From Balanoglossus misakiensis (lineage: Eukaryota > Animalia > Hemichordata), in assembly GCA_040954595.2 (NCBI GenBank), contig CM082579.2, positions 2,782,345-2,846,344 on the forward strand: a DNA stretch of 64,000 nucleotides, in the 5' to 3' direction. Under the pieces are notes generated by a model. It worked only from the letters and a program-made list of their open reading frames with translations, was not told where the DNA came from and did not search any database. Position 1 is the first letter of the stretch. Every line of letters begins with the position of its first letter. Positions 51,801 through 64,000 of the stretch are shown in pieces. Position numbers and translations under genes: made by a program.

Positions 51801-54800
51801 TGACCCCCTGCTATATGCAGCAGTGTTGCCATCTGAGGTGTCCTGCTGCCAGAACTGTTTATTTTTACAGTGAAATTCATAAATGCACTCTCCCCTACTT
51901 ATCCCAACCGTGTCATTGAAGTTAATGACATACTGCCTGAAGGTTTTGCCTTGGCTGGAAAATATGGGATGGCATTCCGTTCTGTGCGGTTACAGTTCAA
52001 CCTACGGTGTACAGGCATTCATTCCCATCCCTGATAACAATACATTTTTGTCCCCCTCCCCATATTTTAAATGATATATGTGGAACAGCAACATTTTATC
52101 GATCATTCACAAAGTTTTTAGGTTAAATATCATACAGAAGCAGGTAAAATCGATGGCAAGTAATTTTCTGTTAAAATGGCACGTCAGTGTGTAGTTTGGA
52201 TTTCTCATATTTCTAAAGTGCATCACCTCCCATACTACGGTATAATGATGAAAGAAGAGTATAAAACTGCTTCTTTTCAATGGAAGCAACTGTCCCACAA
52301 TCATACAGTTATGGAATTCTTGTTTGAGCGTACGTGTAGTTTGCCTAATTGACATGCACATTTCGTACGCGCCCCATGTCCAATTTCATAACAATACACA
52401 CACACCCAATCAGTGCAGCAGAGGAATACGCAAGATATTTTAAGGAGTCTTGTCAAGAGCTCTGAGAATGTTAATGATTTGTTTGAAGTAGAAAGGCATC
52501 TATTATTTCCGCCTTGAACATATGGCTAGAGACGCAAGCTGCATGAAATTTATTGGGGGGAGTTGCAGAGGACTGGTCCTGTCTCCGCGGCCGAGTTTAT
52601 ATTTACAGTCCGATGGTTTGAAAAGTCCGCTGGGGAGTAGGGCTGGCCGGGTGTTTTGTTTTACAACCGTGGCGACTCTTGTGTTTGTAATGATGATATT
52701 TTATTGACGGGCAGCTGGCCGCTGTCGCCGTGTCAACCCACGAATTGATACATGATTCGTTGATAAGTCGACCAGGGCGATAGGAATCGAGTGTCACAGT
52801 AACCTGGAAAGTTTCCCGAAAGTGAAATTGAATTCGCTGACGTGATGCTGGCTGACAGATTTTCATTTCTATGGCAACTGTGACTTATACAGGTACAAAT
52901 CACAGTGGGGCGTACAACACAACAGTGTGGCCCTGGTATATACACAGCACATGATATATATGCATCAGTCGGCCACAAGAAACTACATGCCTTATAGCCA
53001 TGATTGTCAGGGATATGTGTGTGTGCCTGTGGGTAGTTACATCAGACAACGAGACAAGAAATAATTTGTGAGTTCTAATAGCAATAACATACGAGTTTGT
53101 AATGATAATTAAGCACCGGTGTGTTTTACTGGCAGAGTTCTCGTGAGAAACCAATTTGATTTCAGATTATGAATCATGCTGCCTTGTCAGCATAACTGGC
53201 ATGAAATAAAGCAAATTATACTAGATGAAGCTATCTATGTAGGGTTTTGAATAATTTGGAAGAGAAGAAATTTTCAGGGGAACGACCGGTGGCTCTACAC
53301 ATCAGCACTTTATATCGACTGCAGGGAGTACAAGCAAAAAATCAATATAATAATACAGAAAACGTTCGACTGCAGGAGTCTGTCAACAAAAGCTGAAAGA
53401 TGAGAGGAGAAAGGCTTTCAACAGTATCTTGGCAGTGTAATCGAAGTAACCATGAAACCCAAGAGTGCAGGTTGAATGCGTGCTGTCGCATTCTGCTCCC
53501 TGTGCTTGATTTGTGCGGCGACCTATTTATGTTGACGTCAAGGTGAAGGCTCTGTCTTTGAGAGATGATGGGAGTCGAGATCACTTGGATGTACCGTGAC
53601 CTGTGAAGACAACCTAGCGAAGTCATTCTGTTTTTATATGTTCTTCGAATGTCTATCCAAATTGTCCATCCAGACACCCACACACACTCACCCTCGCACA
53701 AAGACAGAAACATAGACAGATTCAACATGCACACACCAACCCCTGCATCTATCCATCCATCAATCCACCCACTCACCAACACACCTGTCTGCTCCCCCCA
53801 CCACCTGGTGAATTACAGCATTACGGCAAGCCACAAGCAGACTGTTGTAGTACCCTGCAGTCGTCTGGACTAGAAACATGTTACATGAATGTGTTGCTGA
53901 TGTCTACGTCTTCATTTGCATGGGAATGTTTCGTTTTGACAAGCAGGCAACAGTACCTTAACATTGTACATGTACATGTACCTGTGTCCTGCTAAGGTCA
54001 TGGTCAATTTGACTGCAATCATATCTTTGCCTCCTGAAAAGCCAGCGTCAGACTAAAGCTTAATCTAATGGCCCAGCCATGAAATTGAATGGGTTACTGT
54101 GACACGGTATGCTCTGGTGGGTTTCCCATGGCTGTGTGGCTAGACACTCAGAATTGTCAGCCAAATTGGTCAGTGACTGCATTCTTAGGGGTGGCTGCTT
54201 CATTGTGCTTGTATGGCAGAGTTGTGGTCATTTTGTAGCAACTTGCAGTGTCCAGCGCTGAAGTTGCAGTTGCTCTGCACCACTGTTGGCCATGGTGCGC
54301 TCGCTCCCACAATTCTGTGCACTGGAACAGTGCCAGACATTATCTGCCTTCATTGCTTTTTGTTGGTGACTTGGTCTACCACACACAGAATACATGTAAA
54401 AATTTGCTGTTGTTTGTCCCCACTAATACCCAGATGATCTGTTGTCAATCCGGTAGCAAGTGCCATCGAGTGAAAGTGATGCAAAACAAATCACAGCGCA
54501 CCAGCGCACCATCAACAAGACCTAAATCCTGTGTAAACTGCTATCCCAAGAGGCAGAAAAATGCCATTACTGCATTTGTGTTCATCAAACCCATCCTAAC
54601 AAACACCAGGCAGGAACATGTATGTATACACATAGAGGTGATCACCAGGGATTGGTTAGAACCACTTCTGCAAATAGTATATGCTGGCCGCCTGTCATCA
54701 CCTCATTGCTATAGACCTGATATTGGCCATTGTTTGGCAGTCAGGTCAGTTCCACACGATCAGGTGACACGCACAGGCCAAATAAATGGATGAGATATGA

Positions 54801-57800
54801 TGATGCATTGCGTTGATCAACAAATTGATGCGGAAGAACTGAGCGTCATTCCAAGAAAGAACAGCAGAACAGATGCCATTATGATTATGCACCCGTTCAG
54901 CACGAAGCACACCTTGATTTAATAATTGTTCAACCGTGCATTGTAACTGTTCCTGGGATTGTAGCATAATAGCCATTGTGTGCGTGCCCTGCACCGAGTC
55001 CATGGACAACACACCTGTTGTGTGATAAAACCAACACAGCTGTTTACTCCAGTGCGTGAAGGTCCACTGACGTCTTGACTTAACCCCTTTGCCTTTTCAT
55101 TTCGTGGCCGCGCTCTGAAACTGAATATTGCTGTGTTGTGAGTGATTGGGTGTTTGTTTTGTCTAGGGACTCGGTCTGAATAGGTAGATTACTGCCAGGG
55201 GAAAAAAATAGAGACCCTAGGTAGAGTCCTACTGTGAAACAGGTGTGACACACATGCAGCAGTGGTCATAGATCTTTGTATGAAAATAATTGCAACAGAA
55301 GTGATTAAAAGAGGGTGCATGGTTAGAACAGTATGGGTACGTGTGTGCGTGTGTGTCCCCGGATATTTTGAATAAAAAGGACACAAAGAAGAAGTCTGTC
55401 CGCGGTGATTTCAATTTCCTCCACTTGAGTAAATAGCAGCGAAAGTCAACTATGCAGGGAGCAATTTGCGTGAAACCACAGCAGACCACCATGATGTGAA
55501 ATTTCTCCGTCAGGATTCTTTGATGTGGCGAGTCTGAACCTTGGAAAGAAACTGTCTAATTGTTCGTTTATTAAGTCAGAGGTCAAGAGTCAACCTTGTA
55601 TGCACAACTTGTCTGACTCAGGATTTAGATTTTTGAAAAATTCAGAATTAGTAACCAAGAAGCCTACAGAGTCCAAATTTCAATTACGCAAGGCGAAGCC
55701 ATGCCCAGCAGATGTGGCAGTAAATTCATTAATTCCTGTAGGAAAAGCACATTCCAGTAAAATTCAATTTGAACTAGATGGTTGAAAAAATTCTTTCCAA
55801 CCTGAGTAATGCCTGATGTTTTTGACAAATTTACTTATAAGGATGTTGGTAAACACTATTGTCAATGTAATCTAGTCTTCAAAGTCAGTGAAAAATTCCT
55901 GGTCATTTTTAGGCCGAAATAATGAATGAGTAATTGCCTCTACTTGAGAGAAACACCTACAAAGTAAATGGTTTCAGAAGAATGGAACAATCAATCTGTC
56001 TGCCTGGTGCTGCTGGTCCCATCGAGGACTATACAAAATAATTCTTTATCCAACAGCTGTGTGTGTCGTGCACCTGGGCCCTGTTGTGCAGAAATGGCCG
56101 ACCGACACTGCTGTCTCTCTGCCTAGTCGTCTAAAGGAAGTAATTCTTGTGGTTTGTTGGAGGAATTTGGTGAATTTCGGTCCACTGCAGTGCAATTGCA
56201 CAATGGACGATAAACCTACATAATGCAAGTTCATTGAAGGAACAGAAAGACAGACAGACGGATGAAATGTCATTTATGAGTCAACTTGTTAAAAGAAATC
56301 TCAAATTTCACAATTCAGAGTTGAAAGACGGCTCTATCGTGTTCCTTCAAAAGCAAATCAGTGAAAGACGGACATAAAATATCCAAATTGTACGATTTCT
56401 GTGCCCCTAAGACAATCTCAGAAACTGTACACCTGCCCAGTCTCGGAAATTCTATATCTAGGAGGCGATTCAATATCAGATTTTGTTTCATTTTCATTCT
56501 CTTTGACATTTCAGTTTTATCTCGAGACTTATTAATAAAACAACATTATGTAAATCAGGGTTCTGACACTCCAGGAAAGCCCCTTTTTTGAACATTTGGT
56601 GCATTTTTATCTGAATGTGATATTAGCAATCCAGTTCAGTGATGCCTCATGGTACTAGGGCAGAAATACAGGTGATACTGAGACCCAGCCCCCACTCACC
56701 TCACCTGAGTTTTTAGTTCTGGTCAGTCTGAATAATGCTCACATAATTCCCTATATGTAGGGCAGCATTTATCAACTGCACTAGATGCAACAACAAAAAA
56801 ATTAACTGAAAGAATGTCGAAAGCTGATGGTTCAGCCCAAGTTGATAAATGAGGTGCAGACTTCAGCGGTGTTTATACTCTTTGAGTTGAAAACATGAAA
56901 GAATGGGCTGGCCATGTGTGATACTGTTGACTCCCTGGGGAGTTGTCTTCGCCCAACATCATGGCTGCATTTATATTTGAGATGAAATGTGTAAACATTG
57001 CTTCACACCGCACCTTGCCTTTCAACAGTTCAGCAGTTCTTCTCAGAAGAGTATCTGAGATTATTTTGTGTTTAGTCTGCCTGTTGTGGTTCTTTGATAA
57101 ACAGAAGTCGTTTTACCGTCGTTTTCTTACACAAAGTGAAACCTATATTTTACTGTTCTGACAAGAGAACTTTGTGGAGGTCAATGTATCTTGTAGGTGT
57201 GTCTGTGTGTAGCAACTCTCTCTCTCTCTCACTGAATTTCCCTCTGAGGATTAATTACTGAGGTGTTATCCTATAACTGCTAAAACATGGACCTAAAAAT
57301 ATAAACATTTCTGGACCTGTAAGGCAAACAGCACTGCGGTCTTCAAAGAGAGAGGGATGTATATCAGCCCGGTTTGTTTTAAAATGTGCTCATACATGTG
57401 GGTTTGATCTTTCAGCAAATTTGATAAACACACAGTGTGGAAAAAGCAATGCAATATCGTGAAGAAACAACTAATGAAGAGTCACTTTACATCAGGAGAT
57501 TTCAATGTTTTTGAAAGGGGCCTTTTGATTGGCTCCCTATATTGCTTTGACAATCCAGGGACCCACTGTGATTCGCTAAACTGTTGCAGCTCATGTGTTT
57601 ATCGTTTCTCCATTTATAGAGAGTGTGTTTTATATTGCCTGGTTTTATAACAACGCACGAATCAGCACTGTGCCTATACTTAACTATGTCCAGACCTTCT
57701 CAGTGTGAAATTCCACTTGTCTACATCAATTGCAGAGATTTGAAGTAATTTTCGTAGAATGTCAGAGAATGCGCTACTGTGAAATGGCATGGTGTAACGT

Positions 57801-59198
57801 TGTCCTATATTTTCTGCCCGGCATATTTCAACTCAACTAGGCTGTGATAAAACAGCTAAATCTTCTCATCGCAAATCAAAATTTAGCATCAAGCCTAGTA
57901 CATTTATTTTGTTGATAATGTAAGTGATATTGTACAATCGCCTCTGGGATTAAACCTGTAAAATATTATTTAAAACACTAGCAACCTTTCCATGGTCTCT
58001 GGGCATAATTGCTGTCAGCGATCTTGTAAATCTCATAAAAGACCAAGTCTGTTAGTCAGCTAAACTAAGACCTTTGCAAAGGTCATATTTTTTCGTGTCA
58101 GATAATATATTGGTTCTAAAATGTGGCAGATAAGTGAATTGAATTCTAACTGTTGCCATGGTTTCAGCTTGTGTTATTTCCATTTCCTGCATCGTCATGA
58201 CAAAGCCATGATACAGAGAAATGTCAGAGATGGAAAGGACGATTTGGAATTAGCTTAATTTTTACTTCACTGGTATTACCAGTATTGTGTTACAGAATCC
58301 TTCTGCTATTTTTTTTGTGTGTGAATAGGATTCTTTCATGACTGTCTATTCATCTTTTTGTTCAATTCAGTCTTTTGTGAATTCTGCTACGAGATGGGAC
58401 AAAGTGATAGCTTAAACTGCTTGATTGGAAAAGTTTCCTCTAGGGGGGTGCCATATTGCATGCTGGAATGTGCCGTGAATTCCTCTTATAAGACCTCAGC
58501 GACTGCCGAATGCTGTATTTCTGCCGAGGCCCATTGCACTAAAGCGTTTCGGTCCTTGATTTTGCAACTTAATCTGTCTCCCGCCCTGTAACAAGGTGGC
58601 ATTCTGGTCCGCTGAGAAATGCATCTGTGGTGTTGTGTCTGTCACCCGAGTTTAAAAAAAAGCCCAGACTGTGGAACTGGCAGACAACTGTAACCAGGTA
58701 CCCTGAGATTCGAAACGCCGTGATCAGCCGACAGATTGACAGCTCGACAGACTAGAGAGACACAGGCCATTGTAAAAGCAGAACTAACAAAAAACATGTC
58801 ATGAAAATCATGTGCATTTAGCACGTCCGTCTGCAAGGAGTAACAAGTGCATTTTGTACAGATTGTGTCAAACCAAACCAGAAATGCCAAGAATTTTCAT
58901 GTGTAATCATCTGCTATAATAGTTTACATTCTCAAGAGTGATGGAAAGTGGTACTGTTATTACAAAGTTTAACTGAAGTGAAACTTATCCTCAGACTTGC
59001 TCTGTAGAAGAATTTAAAACAACATATAAAGTATCTTCTCTCCATCTTCAAAGGTGAATAACTGGGCATTTGGGATTGACAGAAAGTAGCATAATTTAAG
59101 ACTAAGAAACTGTCTTCAAAAGTTACACGATTTCCTCAGCATATCCTTCCATCTCAAAAAAGTTAATTTTTATTGTTGTTTTTTTCCCTCTTTAACAG

Positions 59199-59276
59199 GA
59201 CATCAAACGTGAGGTCATCAATAACTTACTGGATTCAGAAGAGAGCTACGTACGTGCTTTAGACACCCTTGTGAAG
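59199..59276 (+). CDS. ARHGEF17: RhoGEF exon encoding the first conserved helix (CR1) of the Dbl-homology domain: DIKREVINNLLDSEESYVRALDTLVK
   Basis: Strong acceptor ttttttccctctttaacag| and donor AAG|GTGAGT; 78 nt, phase 0/0. It matches the DH CR1 pattern (R..V..xLL.[ST]E..YV..L..L) and resembles, from memory, human ARHGEF17 DMRKHVAMTLLDTEQSYVESLRTLMQ. Missed by the ORF track. Confidence 0.9.
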
Positions 59277-62200
59277 GTGAGTCAGAGTTAAGATGTATTC
59301 TTCCCTATCTCCCAGGGAGAGATATCACCATGGTAACTGGTGCACATCTCTGTGATAAACCCCACCACGCAGTGTTGCAGGAAATGGCCGTGAGCTGTTT
59401 GAGAAACCCCAATCCTGCTATACTTTCCTTCTGCAGTTCTTCTTGAGTGAATTCCTACAGGATCTGTACACCTCTGGAAATTCCTTGAATTTGACAACAC
59501 TGCTGGACAAGTCCTTTGAAAGTCCTGGAAAAATTTTTTCCTGCAGAGTTCTGAAAAAATGATCTAGCCATTTATACCCCCTAGTAGGGGACGAAGCCAG
59601 CGTCACATTGCGCGAGTGAAACTGGCCGACCAGTGAACTTGGCCAGAAGGATGTGGCATTTGAGCAGGCAGCGAGGGGGCTGTTAGAGAGAGTCTAATTG
59701 CATGAACCACATGTCTACAAATGAGATGCACTTGTGACCATCAAGTTAACATATTTGTGTGGGCTGAACAATTATCTCGAGCACCGTAACATTCTTGTTA
59801 GAAGCCAGGGTATAAAACTAAAAGCTTTTCATGTGGGCGAGGAATACCCTACATGTACGTTTGGCATTTTTCGCCGGTACAGGCAATGCCAGTGGCAATT
59901 TTGTTGGAACTTTGTCAGATACGCAAAATTGACTCAGTGCTGGTCAGCACTCTCATTTCATCTTGTGTGACCCAGATTCAATCAAGGAGACTTACACTGT
60001 CATCATGTTCAGATTTCTCTCATTGAAATAGTTGCCGCTTGTTGATAAGCAGTTTTGCCCGCAGGCCCTGTCTAGCTGGAGTGTTCCTGTGTTTTATGTT
60101 CTGGTTTCCATTATCGAGCACTTGCCCATGAGGTTACGGAGGACATCCGATTGCCTGCCAGATCATTGCCTTGAAGGGAAAATTGTCTTAAAGTAGTTTG
60201 TGCCTCAAAAATCAAAGACACAAACTTTTTCTTTTCTTTTTATGTATCAATAGTGTTAAGTGACTAAGAAACTCTATTAAGAGACTTAATAACCATCACT
60301 TGCTCTATGACCCCGAAAATCTCATGTCTTCATTCTCTCTCTGTACTTAGCAGGGCCTCTAATCTCTCGGAAAATTGCAGGTGGCCAGATGATGATGTCT
60401 GTGATTTCTGTAATGGGAAGGAAGGTAGTAAAAAGACAATGGCAGGAGTTGATGGCAATCACGGTAAATAGTCTCTTGGCGACTGAAGGTTAAGAGTGGC
60501 CGAGAGCAGTGCTTCGACTCTGCAGTTGATGTCTGACAATGTATTTACCGGGTCGTTATTTACACAGCTGTTAGTTATTCTGTGGTTTGTAGGTTTTTTT
60601 CGTGTCAGGGCAGAGTGTGTTCTAATTGAGTTGTCCTCGTCTCAGGTGAAAGACGTCATGCAGTCATGTGCCAGCCCTGCCCAGCATGCTGAGTGTAGGG
60701 CTGGTCACAGCAGCCTTTAGCTGTACCATCTCCGATGTACTGCAGCAATTAACCAGCAGAGTGAACTTCCGGCTTTTTAAAGCACTGGGATTTTCCACCA
60801 GTTTGGCTCTTGTACGTATGGCTCGGACACTTTTAAGGCAACTGTTGCCACTTTTATGTCCTCCTGTCACGAATTTAAAAATCTGAAAAGCTGAAGTGAT
60901 TTTCTGAGAATGAAAGCGTATCGATCAGTGATTGTATCGACAAAACTTGGTGAAAAGTTCTGTAAAAAAAACTGTGGACACTCATCTCCTAAATGTTGGA
61001 ACGTGTCACTTGACAGTTACTTTCACAAATGGCACTCGACTGGCTGTGTTTACAAGACACAGAATCTTACCCTGAATACCTGTTGCAGTGGACACGTGCG
61101 GTCTAGTACCTCCGAAGACCCAAGGTGTTGATAAAGTAGAATTGTCTGCCATTTCATCGACCACTTCATGGCTGTGTACAATCTTAGTCAAGGACTCCCA
61201 TCCCCTTCAGTATCAGCTCAGAATAAAAGATGTCCTCAGAGCAGGGGTCAAAGAGCCAAGAAAGAGTTTCCTTTCTTCCCTCATTTGAAGTATCTCTTCA
61301 GCCTAGACTCCCCCTTGAAAGAATCTCAGCAGTGCCAAGTTTGTTATTTTGTATTTACTTGCACAGAAATGGGTGGGTGAGGATTTTCCCATTGAGAGAG
61401 TGACCGCACAGCTCTACATTGTTGCATCTTTGTTTGTCATGCCCTTGGCACTGAAAGTTCGGTCCAGCCCGCCTCTTTAAACATTGTCTAATTTACTGTA
61501 CAAATAACTCCATGGGGGCTAATTAAACAGGGAATGGAAAATGGCCATAATGTGATGAAAGGGGTTTGGTTGCAATGGTGGAATCTTTTCATCATCCCCA
61601 TGGATGACCACGTACACCGTCAGAGTTCTATAGGCCACTGTCAGCTTTTTCCCTTCAGAAAATCTGGCCAATTGCCATGATTTTGAACATGCAGTGCAAC
61701 TAGTGCTCTGGCTTCTTGCCATCACAAACAGTGGTAGACAAGTAACTGCAAACAAACAACCCCATTCTTTCAGAAAAACATCTGAAGGATAATGTGTGCC
61801 ATGACCCAGATCTTAAATCTTCTTGTTTTGGTCTGGGCTATGTTTCATAATCTGTTGTGGTGACCCGTATATTTGAATTAGTTTTGATGCACATTGTTAT
61901 ATACAGAGGAGAAAACACACATTCAAAGAAATGGTATCACTTTCATTTCTACTGTCTGCACATCCTTCAGCTAACACACACTAGCTGCTGTTTTAAAGAA
62001 TGGCATCTGCACATAGCCGTACACCAGACGTCCCAGTTTAACACTAACTATGTCTCTTCTTGCATGGTGTTTTGGAAATTGGTGTTTTCGCACTGAAAAG
62101 AGAGTCATGGGAAACCTCTTAGAACCCGTCATAAAACCAATATGGCTGCTGACAGAAACAAGACTGACAGCTGATTGGCCATGTTGTGTTTTGGGTCACA

Positions 62201-63660
62201 TTTGAGGTCACCAGCATCTTCTGCAGAGCCACGGAGTGGGGGGGGGGGGGGAGGCAACACAAGGCTTGGTAACTTAGGGAATCCCAGTCAGTTGAGTTGA
62301 CAAGCCATGACAGATGACACCCATAAAATAAAAGCTCTTCCTAAGTGTCTGTGTTTCATGAACAGGTGTGGTTTGGATAATATTGTGATTTATTTCAATG
62401 AGGCATAAATGTTCGCTGAAGTATTTTGGCATCATTCCTGAGCCTTCTCGTCATTGACAACTGCTTAGTTACCAGCATCACCGGTACCTGCTAGGTGACA
62501 ATTGCTTCCAATTTCTCATTATGTTATAATTAAGAAATCATTGAAGGTCAAAATGTTAGATACCGACACATAATTTAGACTTGAGTCAGGTGAGAGAAAT
62601 AAAGGGGTGTAACCAGATCATGCCTGTACATTGAATGAATGTCGCCTGTACTTTGGGGATCTGGTTCTGTGTTGTCTGAGCATTTGTAGGTCACTTGTAA
62701 ATATAAAAAATAAATTGTGAATTATTGGTATGAGTCTGATGTGTGTACCAATGTCCATTTCAATTAACAAAATCCTCAAAATTATTGCCCTGTGTTAAAA
62801 TCAAATCACCCAGCTGACAGTACTATCTCTTAACATTTACTTCCCCCTTGAATAAAAAATGCAGTCAATTAACATGGACAAAAATGAGATGAAATTGATC
62901 ATTTTGTTACTGCGTGATTCATTTGTACCATGGGGCACTGGGACGACTTGCACACCACTGATCTTCATTGTTTTCCATGGCAACCGATGTCTGACAGGTG
63001 AAGAATTACCAGCGCCTGGCAAAAACAACAGTAAAATATTTATCTTAGGAATAATCATCCATCATAGATCAGTCATGCCACTCCGCTATTCGATATGTGC
63101 ACTCTCATGAATTCACCGCACAAACACGTGAAACATGAGAACTTTTCAACATGGAAGAACAGACACAAGTCACCTTGAATGGAAAATTGTTTTGACTGTC
63201 ATCAGAAATTCAACACCTGACTTTGATTTGACAATTGCAGGCAGCGATAAGAGTTTTTCTAATGTTTTTTACCCTGTGGCTATGCCAAGAACCCGTACTG
63301 TTTTAAATTACATAATTCAGTTTTTTTCTGGTGAATGTGACATCAGGCAAAGTGAAATGTCTCTGACAAATGGCGGCCATTTTGCACCTGCTGTGTAGTT
63401 GCTGTGTGAGTTATTATACATAAAAATGGAAGTCATAATTCTGAGACATAAACCCAAGTTCGCTTGTCTTGTGTACGGCTGGATTCCACCAAAGCCACAT
63501 TAGTGAAATAAGAAGCATACTTCTGTCTCATTTCCTAGTTTGTCATCCATCAAATTTATGAGCTTAATGTTTATGAATTTTTGTGAAAGCTCAGTACCTG
63601 AATAAAATTTACGGGGGTTCCCCAGTTATCTTCCTGGGATTTCCCTCAATATACCCATGT

Positions 63661-63710
63661 CGTCATCACCATCATCATCGCCATAGCCTTCGCCATCATC
63701 ATCATCATCG

Positions 63711-63766
<56 letters not shown>

Positions 63767-63821
63767 GTCATTGTCGTCGTCCTCCTCCTCCTCCTCCTCC
63801 TCCTCATCATCATCATCATCC

Positions 63822-63858
<37 letters not shown>
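63661..63858. repeat. Long compound (CAT)n/(CGT)n/(CCT)n microsatellite
   Basis: Directly visible, ~200 bp. Intronic relative to the RhoGEF gene. Confidence 0.95.
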
Positions 63859-64000
63859 TGGAACATTAAAACTTAGACAGCATTCATTTTGGGGTGTAGC
63901 CAGTTCATTCAACTTTTGCAAATACAGAAACCCAAACTAACATGCCATGGCAACGCAAACGTACCGTGTTACAGCTTTTAGCCTTAACTTAAATTCCTTG

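Noticed and set aside
54248-54793. 181-aa plus-strand intronic ORF
   Set aside because: Non-ATG start, no recognisable domain, no matching splice sites or DH-domain similarity.
63583-63921. Poly-His/Pro and poly-Met ORFs
   Set aside because: Entirely explained by the (CAT)n/(CCT)n microsatellite.

Overview
This is eukaryotic, intron-rich genomic DNA (about 40% GC by eye), most likely from an invertebrate metazoan; the taxon cannot be fixed from sequence alone. Most short ORFs in the supplied track are noise. Three spliced protein-coding genes can be reconstructed by hand. (1) Minus strand: a two-coding-exon gene for an unrecognised 267-aa protein with about 6 membrane helices (CDS 5763-5096 + 4897-4762). 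(2) Minus strand: a four-coding-exon PLAC8/cornifelin-family gene (9457-9371, 8515-8398, 7974-7835, 7613-7470; 162 aa), whose last intron must be a non-canonical GC-AG intron. (3) Plus strand: the 5' part of a large RhoGEF gene, very likely ARHGEF17/TEM4, with a giant exon encoding a 1218-aa disordered N-terminus (22754-26407), a 32.8-kb intron, and a 78-nt exon starting the DH domain (59199-59276); the gene continues beyond the window. Probable non-coding 5' exons of a fourth gene lie at the left edge. Microsatellites and one tRNA-derived (SINE-like) remnant are present. I see no CRISPR array, rRNA, intact tRNA or transposase/RT ORF, and no clearly new multi-gene system. The best leads are the orphan multipass membrane protein, a candidate recursive splice site or internal promoter in the giant intron, a 35-bp quasi-palindrome made of two nuclear-receptor DR1 elements, a CpG-depletion boundary, and strong over-representation of TACATGTA.
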